64,000 nucleotides of DNA from Octopus vulgaris. Lineage: Eukaryota. The notes beneath the pieces were generated by a model. It did not search any database. It saw only the letters and a list, made by a program, of their open reading frames with translations, and was not told the origin of the DNA. How positions within the stretch are numbered: the stretch's first letter is position 1; every line of letters starts with the position of its first letter. A program made the translations under genes and the position numbers. The DNA is taken from assembly GCA_951406725.2 (NCBI GenBank), contig OX597824.1:3844001-3908000 (forward strand), given 5' to 3'. Shown here in pieces: positions 55,113-64,000 of the stretch.

Positions 55113-55115
<3 letters not shown>
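54965..55115 (+). mobile_element. Solo PLE-like terminal fragment between (TA)n tracts
   Basis: Homologous to 11737-11875 (reverse) and 11921-12010. Confidence 0.55.
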
Positions 55116-55162
<47 letters not shown>

Positions 55163-55381
55163 TATATATATATATATATATATTAGTCAAGTTGAGAACA
55201 GCGGTGAATATAGGATGGTAACATTAATAAAGCTGTCATATACATACGATGCTGCATACATACTTTTGTAAATACACAGATACAACACACACACACACAC
55301 ACACACATGCATACATATTTTCTTTTCTTTTACTTGTTTCAATCATTTGACTGCGGCCATGCTGGAGTACCGCCTTTATAT

Positions 55382-55621
55382 ATCATCATCATCATCATCA
55401 TCATCATTATCGTTTAGCGTCCGCTTTCCATGCTGGTATGGGTTGGACGGTGCAACTGGGGTCTGGGAAGCCAGAAGGCTGCACCAGGCCCAGTCTGATC
55501 TGGCAATGTTTCTACGGCTGGATGCCCTTCCTAACGCCAACCACTCCTTGAATGTAGTGGGTGCTTTTTACGTGCCAGGCGAGGCTGGCAACGGCCACGA
55601 TCGGATGGTGCTTTTTACGTG

Positions 55622-55622
<1 letters not shown>
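55382..55622 (-). mobile_element. SINE family A
   Basis: Reverse complement of the family A tail. Confidence 0.8.
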
Positions 55623-55666
<44 letters not shown>

Positions 55667-56473
55667 CATATGCACATACATACATATGTCTACTATATAC
55701 CATTTTAAATTCATAGTTACCTGTGTATACGTTTGTAAATTTGTGTGTGTGTGTGTGTGTGTGCGTGTGTGTCTGTGTGTGTATGCGTGTGTGTATGCGT
55801 GTGTGTATATAACTTTCTGTTTCTACTTTTTTAGTGTCTTCTCTGTTGCTGTCACATATTGTGAGATTTTAAAATTTCGTCAAAATTTTCAAATCTGGTA
55901 TATTGAATTAATTTTCCTCGTTAAATCCAATTTTTTTATTTATCTATTCCTAACATCCAGTTGAATTATAGGTGAATTGGATTTCAATAAAAATCTATAA
56001 TGCCCCCCTCCCTCCCCAGGGAGGGAGACTGTAGCACATGTTTACAAATCAGCTATGATAGACTATGACATGCAACAACGCCACCTACAATATGTGTACT
56101 ATTTGTCAATGTATTTGTAAATCTCTCTATTTATCTAATTTAATTTACTCAGATGTATATTCGTTTGTTAAAATGATATAGGGACATTTCTTATTCACCC
56201 ACTAACCGTATTAATTGTTTGTATTAACTATTTTTAGCAATAAGCTATTACCTTAAAGATTAATAAAATATTTAATGGATTAATTAGAACTAATTGATTC
56301 TAAAATTTATATATTGACCACCTGACTGGCTCCTGAGCTGGTAGCACGTAAAAAGCACCCACACTCGCACTGGTTGGCATTAGGAAGGGCATCCCACTGT
56401 AGAAACCTTGCCAGATCAGATTGGAGCCTGGTGCAGCACCTGGCTCTCCAGCATGGAAAAACGGAAGTTAAAC

Positions 56474-56507
<34 letters not shown>

Positions 56508-57143
56508 GGAGATAGGAATGGTAGTGGAACTAAAATGGGAACTGAACAGGGAACGGGATAGGACATGGAAGAGTGTAATAGGAACAGGAACTGGAAAATA
56601 ACCCCCGCTTTTCCAGGTATTAGTTCTGTTTGAATTTTCAATAGAGAAAACAAGTGATCAAATGTTATATTTAATTGAAACTTAATCATCAGTGTACTTT
56701 CCCTGATTATCTATGACTTCCTTCCATCTATTTACAAGCTTTTTAATCCCATCAATCTCTTTTGGTTTCAAAGCGAAGAACTCTGAAATGTCAGTTTCGA
56801 CTTCCTCCTGGCTTGCGAAAGAGACTGATAGAATAAGTACTAGGCTTACAAAGAATAAGTCCTGGGGGCGATTTGCTCGACTAAAGGTGGTGCTCCAGCA
56901 TGGCCACAGTCAAATGACTGAAACATATAAAAGAGTAAAAGAGTATGTGCATATCTACATACATATATGTACATACCTACATATATATGTATATATACAT
57001 GCATATATGGGTACAGGACATCAAAAGATCGTTGCACACAATGAGAAATGAAAACATAAAAACAAAAACATAGAAAACGAGACATGCAAGTTAAAGAATA
57101 TTCCCCTTCATCAGTTGTCCCTGTTTCATCTACACTGCGTTTC

Positions 57144-57177
<34 letters not shown>

Positions 57178-57185
<8 letters not shown>

Positions 57186-57737
57186 GAAGGTTTGAAAATG
57201 CAATTTAAAAGATGTTTATTTACATTACCGGTTTCACTCTTTGGAAAAAGATTGTCAAAAGTAACATGTGGAAGTTTGGTTGCGTTAATTATTGGTTGTT
57301 GCAGAAAAAAACGGGTACATCCTTTTCAATTCCACATTTCTGCTAAAACGGACAGGTCAGTAACTACCTCACCACTACATTAATGTAAATCTTTTTGAAT
57401 TCATAATATTCTGTGCTGAACTTTTTTTTAATAATTCCTCCTGGAAATTACCCTGAGATGTATAATATATTTGTTTTAATCTTTTCTGCCCATTTTTTCA
57501 ATGAGCTTGTTAAACCTCTTTATATTCTCAACATACTGTTGTACTTTTTTATGTCCTTAACATGTCTCTGTTACCAAAGACTGTATATATATATATGTAA
57601 TGTAGCAATTTGCAACCACCAATAATTAACGCAACCAAACTTCCACATGTTACTTTTGACAATCTTTTTCCAAAGAGTGAAACCGGTAAAGTAAATAAAC
57701 ATCTTTTAAATTGCATTTTCAAACCTTCTTTCGTATA
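57178..57737. mobile_element. Inverted-repeat element (arms ~57178-57303 and ~57611-57737) flanked by (TA)n
   Basis: Arms are near-identical reverse complements, each with a hammerhead-like motif. Confidence 0.75.
57650..57694 (+). ncRNA. Minimal hammerhead motif with U3:A8 core swap
   Basis: UUACUU-UUGACAA-U-CUUUU-ucca-AAGAG-U-GAAA-CCGG-UA-AAGUAA. Minus-strand copy at 57220-57264. Confidence 0.65.
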
Positions 57738-57774
57738 TAATTCCACTCGTGCGATACCCCACAACTCAACTTTG

Positions 57775-57827
<53 letters not shown>

Positions 57828-57837
57828 TATAGATATA

Positions 57838-57886
<49 letters not shown>

Positions 57887-58082
57887 GTATGTATACATAT
57901 ATATATATATATGTATGTATATATATAAATATATATGTATATATATATATATGTGTGTGTGTGTGTATATATATTTATGTATACACACACATACATATAG
58001 ACATTCATACACATATATGAATATACATACATATATATATATATATGTATGTATGTGTGTGTGTGCATGTGTGTGTGTGCAT

Positions 58083-58128
<46 letters not shown>

Positions 58129-59067
58129 CATCAGCATGCCAAAAATAGATGACTAAATAGGATAAATGCAATAATTAAAAGAACAAACTGAGAACAGTCA
58201 ATGGAATCGGTCAGTCTGTAGGAAGATGTTGTTTCTTTTTTTTTATTGATAAATATTTGGCTGGAAAATGTATATCTTCGAACAAAGAATATCAATATAT
58301 TTTATTGGAAGCAATGGTAAAACTTGGTTATTGCAACCAACAATAGATATGGAGGATGAGCCAATGAGAAAGACCCTGCACAGTTATATCATCTGCTAGA
58401 AATAGCAGCCAACTGATCGTCTTCCTTCCCTCAGACCACAATCTACGACCTTCAAGGAGCACTGAGATATGCCTTTGATAATATTGTCCAAGGATATATT
58501 GTTTGAATAGAAGATGGAGATGGCAAGGCTGTAATGTCTTTTGTCTTATGCGTGTTCAATGAGATATGGCTTGGTACTAAACAACAAAAACAGCAACAAA
58601 TAATGAAAAAATTGGTCCCAGTAAATATTGCTTTTGTTTTAGGTGTAATATTAACAATTTTATATGTTCTAATCAATGACTAAATGCTTTAATTACTAAA
58701 TTATTCAATCAACAAATTAATAAATTATTTGTCAAGTCAATAAATAGTGACTCATAAATGTAGGTCTAGTAAAACCTGAGATGTGAAAGGGTGGCTTCTG
58801 TTGGGTGGAGTAATCTAAAATGGGTTGTGTTATGCACCAACAGGTCAAGTATGCCCCAGGGCAGAAGAAGATCAAGGAAAGGGGGATGAAGTCATGATGC
58901 TTAGATTTTTGGGATGTTGGGTCTTATAAACCAAAAGACACAGGATAATTTACAAATCCATCAAACCCAAAACAGTCCAGTAAAATAACAACAATCCAAA
59001 TTGATATTAAAACAGTCACATTGTCACAGACTTGAACCCAAGTTATCACAGGAATGTTAATCTTTGG

Positions 59068-59297
59068 GCAGCAAGCTAGCAGAATTGTTATCACACTGGG
59101 CAAAATGCTTAGTGGTATTTCATCTGCTGTTACATTCTGAGTTCAAATTCCGTTGAGGTCGACTTTGCCTTTCATCTTTTTGGGGTCGATTAAATAAATA
59201 CCAGTTAGGTACTGGGATCGATGTAATTGACTTAATCCCTTTGTCTGTCCTTGTTTGTCCCTTTTGTGTTTAGCCCCTTGTGGGTAGTAAAGAAATA
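59068..59297 (+). mobile_element. SINE family C
   Basis: Homologous to 9030-9262. Confidence 0.8.
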
Positions 59298-59599
59298 AAT
59301 TATAGATTTCAAGCCATCAGTCTTTCTCATGTGAAGCTGAGTTGGCAGTCAATCAGCTGCTACTTTTTATGCGAGTTTCTCCAGAGATTTCTTGATTGTT
59401 CTCTATAACAAGCCTATAGATAGAGTCTGTTTTGAGCACTAATTCACTGAGTGTCATAGACATCTGGCCAGAATGATTGTCTCAACTCTCACCAAGTCAT
59501 TTTAACGACTGCATATTTAAATTGATATGCAATTTATATGGCAGAAATGAAGCGACATGCATATACATATATATATATATGATAATGATAATGATAATA

Positions 59600-59654
<55 letters not shown>

Positions 59655-59850
59655 CTTTGTTGGCCTCAAGAGCAATGGATGACAGAACATTACAATTATA
59701 TATATATATTACAATTATATATTATATATATATATATAAGTAAATAAATGGAGTTGAATGCAGATGCTATTCAAATTCTTTTACGTTCGACATATGTTTC
59801 GAAGACAACATTGTTTTTATAATGTCTTGTTGTTGAGATAGGTTCTCTTT

Positions 59851-59933
59851 CTTTCCTGATGAGAAGATTGCATTTTACACCGTTTATTCCTTTGGAATAA
59901 AACCAATGTTGTCTTCGAAACATATGTCGAAAG
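59851..59933 (+). ncRNA. Type I hammerhead ribozyme, canonical core, extended stem II
   Basis: CUUUC-CUGAUGA-GAAGA...UCUUC-GAAA-CAUAUG-UC-GAAAG. Inner hairpin UUUAUUCC/GGAAUAAA; GUC cleavage triplet. Confidence 0.85.
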
Positions 59934-60996
59934 CAAAACAATTTGAATAGCATCTGCATTCATCTCCATTTATTTACTTATACTACACAAATTACTGCAC
60001 ATTAACCCGGAGTTTCTACCTTTGGATAGGTCGTTACATCTTTGTTACTTACGTGAATTTTGCTACCCTAGTAATAACTGTTTATTGAATTTTCCATGTT
60101 AACGGTAAACAAAGGATAATTCATTCATCCATTTATATATATATATATATTCCTTGTATTTAATGCAGCCCCCAGTGGTAAATTTTGATATCCAGCTACT
60201 TTGCATGTTGCATTACATTTCTTTCATCTTGTTGACTCTACCTGGATATTTTGTAATGCATGACCGACTTCATATGACTTGTGCAGTGTTAATAAATCAT
60301 ATCTAAATGTTTGCTGGGTGGTGTTAAATCATTCACATACAGCCTCGGCCAACAGCAAACATCGACAAACACCTCGTCTTCTCTTGAAAGCAGACAGACA
60401 GACAGACAGACCTAGTGGGATAAGGCACCGCTAGATTCACTGGATCTGGAATTAACGAGGTGGTCATGACTGGAATGCCTTTGGTCATAGGTGAGAGGTG
60501 GGGTCAAAATTGGTGAAAAATTCAGTTGCCTTAATGACAAAAATGCTCTGGAAATGATGATCTAACTAGCTTTCTTCAGAAAAACTGGAGCAGTAACAGC
60601 ATATGGGACTGGAGGGCGTGGAGGCCCATGGTGACTGATGCCTGTAGGTGGAAGGAGGAGGAAGGGGAGGAGGAGGCGGTTGGCTTCACACCAGAGGCCA
60701 TTCCAATGCAGAAATACTATAGGAACGAGCTGTCTTGATATTCTGAGGCTAATTCTACCAACTGTATTGGTCTTGTGTCAATGTGATAATTGGTTAATCT
60801 GCACCAAAGGTATTTATGAATTTCTTATGCAAAAAGACAAAAAAAATAAACCCAGAAGGCTGGTGGATTTTGTGACATTCATGCCTTTGATTGAAAATAA
60901 GACTGGTGCAAGAGAAATGAAATAGAAAAAAACAGAATTTATATTTTTATTTCAAAATTGTTTTCTTTAATTTTTATTATTTATTTTGATAAAGTA

Positions 60997-61827
60997 AGGG
61001 ATTGGCACAACTTTCAATGCCAAAGTTTGATGCCATTCCTTGGATTTTGGACCTTCTAGATATTTTGGAAAGACTTTTGAGATTTTTGGGGGTTGGTGTG
61101 AAAAAAGAGAAGGAGGTTTTGAGTGGTTGACTATCCTTAGACTAGGAAACCTAGTATAAGTGTATGCAACAGAATGGCCTCAACTAAAGGTACCCAGGTA
61201 CCAGGTGGGGGTTGGGGATGGTGTTGAAGCAAATGACAGATGTGGGCTAATCACAGTTTAGGATCTTGCCTTTACTTAGTAGGGGTTTGTAATTTTTTTG
61301 CTATTGTACTAGATTCAGCCGATCTGTGACTCTACTTTGGTATTGCCATGAGGTTTATTGTATGAGGAGATTGTTTTGCTACACTTATTGCAATGTGGCT
61401 TCCTCCGGCAGTGTAAATAGGGGGGGGGTATCTTATGTGCTTATTGTTTGGTTGCTACTCCATGTTTGAGAGTAGAGAACTTTGAGAATAATGCCCCTTA
61501 GAATAATGCCCCCTAATCTATTGCAACTTTTAGGTCTTATTTGAAGAGAATCAACTCATCATCGTCATCATTGTTTAACATCCGTTTTCCATGCTAGCAT
61601 GGGTTGGACGGTTCGACCAGGGTCTGGGAAGCCAGGAGGCTGCACCAGCCTCCAATCTTGATCTGGCAGAGTTTCTACAACTGGATGCCCTTCCTAACGC
61701 CAACCACTATATTTTAGAAAAATATAGTCAAACTTCTGGCACTCTGTAGAGATGATGAGTTTAGGGATTGGCACAACTTTCAATGCCAAAGTTTGATGCC
61801 ATTCCTTGGATTTTGGACCTTCTAGAT
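60997..61827. repeat. Identical 65-bp direct repeats (60997-61061, 61763-61827)
   Basis: Seen directly. Confidence 0.85.
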
Positions 61828-63124
61828 CTAAATTATTGTGTTTCTATTTTGGTCGTTCCAAGCAGCAGGGCCTTAAGCCTTTAGCTTCATTCAGTAGCTC
61901 AGCTGGGGCATCAAGCAATTTTCTTTATTTAGGATTGTTAAATTGTCTCCGATTGTATAGTGAGCTCAATACTGTGAGGTGGCCACATCTGGAAGTAATG
62001 ATCCTAGAAACTGAGAACAAGTATCTTCTCCAGAATCAAGCACATATAAAAAAAACTATAAAAATTTACATATTCTTTCTTTTCCTATAAATAGACAATA
62101 GGGGGAGTACAAATGATTGATGTATTACTGGTATTTATTGGCACACAATTGCAGAGAGGTGAGAGACAAAGTCACCTTGAACTGAACTTGAGATGGTTAG
62201 ACCTCAGAACAGTATTGAAATTAGACACAGAAAAATGTTGATTATGCCACCCTAATATCTTAGCCATCTCCATTCTCTTTTTAGCCTATTGTGTTATATT
62301 ATCAGAATGGTATTGATTTCTTGTGTACAGCATTTCATATTTATACAGAGAAGAGAATGGAAACTGTGTGATTTTCTGAAGAGCATTAAGGCTGTTTAGT
62401 GAAATGAAATGCTGCCTGCAACTGGGAATCAAGCCAGGTCAGAGCTGCACCTTGCTAGGAATATAGTTATCTCTACTACACACAGCTTGTATTATATATT
62501 GAATGTTGTAACATTGCTGGTTATTGGCTCTTATCAAACTGCTTATTGGTTATTGGCTATTGTCATTAAGATGCTTATTGATTATTGATTATTGTAAAGC
62601 TTTTGATTGATTATTGCTAAGTTTAGGTGTTGGTTATATTGATAAGTTTATTGATTATTTCCAAGTCATATTGATTCGATCAATGGTTTATGATGTTGAT
62701 TTTTTCTTTTTTTTCTTTTTTTTGATTTGGCCTTACAATGGTTGTGCAGCTAATGATGCTGTTGATTATCAAAGTATTGATTATTTTTGAATTGGTGCAA
62801 TGGTTGTGTGATTAAGGAAGTTGAACCATTGATAACATGGTTCTACGTTCAGATCTTTAGTAATGTTATTGTACTGAGTGACTCCAATGAAGCTCCTGAC
62901 ACACAGCTTGGGTTTGCTGATCTGGAAAAAGAGGCAGGTTCCTTTCCCAAACACGTTTTATGGGGCTTGGCAAAAAAAAAAAAAAGGAAAAGGGCAATGT
63001 CTATGACTTTTGTAGGGTCACAGAGGATAGTGGGGATAGGGATAAGGGAAGGAAGAAATAAGGATTTAGGGTCACTGCAGTAGGAAGAAGAATATTAAGA
63101 AAGTTGAGAAGACCTGACAAGTCA

Positions 63125-63307
63125 AGCAAGCTGGCAGAAACGTTAGCATGCAGGGTGAAATGCTTATCAGACTTTGCCTTTCATCCTTTCGAGGTCAATA
63201 AATTAAGTACCAGTTATGCACTGGGGTCGATGTAATCGACTTAATTCCTTTGTCTGTCCTTGTTTGTCCCCTCTATGTTTAGCCCCTTTTGGGTAATAAA
63301 GAAATAA
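63125..63307 (+). mobile_element. SINE family C, internally deleted
   Basis: Homologous to 9030-9262 but lacking the B-box segment. Confidence 0.75.
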
Positions 63308-63399
63308 GTGAGACCATAGTCCATGGCCTATGCCAGTGGTGTATAACCAGCCCACTTATGAATACCCCTCATTCATTGGACAATAAACTTTGCTGGCGA

Positions 63400-63933
63400 A
63401 GACCTATTGAGGCAAGTGAAATCAAAATCAAAATCGCTGACATGGCCGATGACAGTACCGCCTGATTGGCACTCTTGCCAGTGGAACGTTGAAAACACAT
63501 CTGAGCGTGATCGTTGCCAGGGCCACAGATTGGCTCCCATGCCAGTGGCACATAAAAAGTACCATTCAAGCATGATCGTTGCCGGTGTCATCCTACTGGC
63601 ACATGAGCCGGAAGCATGTGAAAAACAACATTTGAGTGTGGTCGTTGCCAGTGCCCCCAGACTGGCTCCCATGCAGGTAGTACATAAAAAATACCTTTTG
63701 AGCATGATCGTTGCCAGTACTACCTGACTGACCCTCAGGCTGGTGGCACATAAAAGCAACCACTGCACTCTTGGAGTGGTTGTTGTTAGGAAGAGCATCC
63801 AGCTGTAGAAACTTTGCCAGATGAGATTGGAGCCTGGTGCAGCCATCTGGCTCGCCAGTCCTCAGTCAAACTGTCCAACCCATGCCAGCATGGAAAGCGG
63901 ACGTTAAATGATGATGATGATGATGATGGTGAT
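63400..63933 (+). mobile_element. SINE family A, long form with several internal tandem modules
   Basis: Repeated gagc(g/a)tgatcgttgcc modules, then the family A tail. Confidence 0.75.
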
Positions 63934-64000
63934 GGAATTGTCTTTGCCAGAGAGGAAACTTGCTTCAAATACTGGATTTCACTAAAGGAACCCAAGGTCC

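Overview
AT-rich eukaryotic intronic/intergenic DNA full of microsatellites ((TA)n, (CA)n, (TATC)n, (GAT)n, (CTT)n) and several SINE families. The repeat types resemble octopus (coleoid cephalopod) genomes; this is inference, not a database match. Nearly all listed ORFs are low-complexity artefacts. Real coding signal: (i) a young Penelope-like retroelement (RT C-half plus GIY-YIG endonuclease) arranged as a ~1.85-kb near-perfect inverted repeat at 48043-51948; (ii) decayed Penelope-like, RTE, LINE and Tc1/mariner fragments; (iii) two phase-compatible minus-strand exons (13967-14061, 8104-8181) of an unidentified host gene. The most notable hidden signal is a set of minimal type-I hammerhead ribozyme motifs from several sequence-unrelated families, mostly in short fold-back elements beside (TA)n tracts. 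Three have fully canonical cores (21807-21850, 22139-22226, 59851-59933). Two carry compensatory swaps of the C3:G8 core pair (G3:C8 at 42015-42063, U3:A8 at 57650-57694). Others carry A6U or A9C changes. All folds were assigned by eye and activity is untested.
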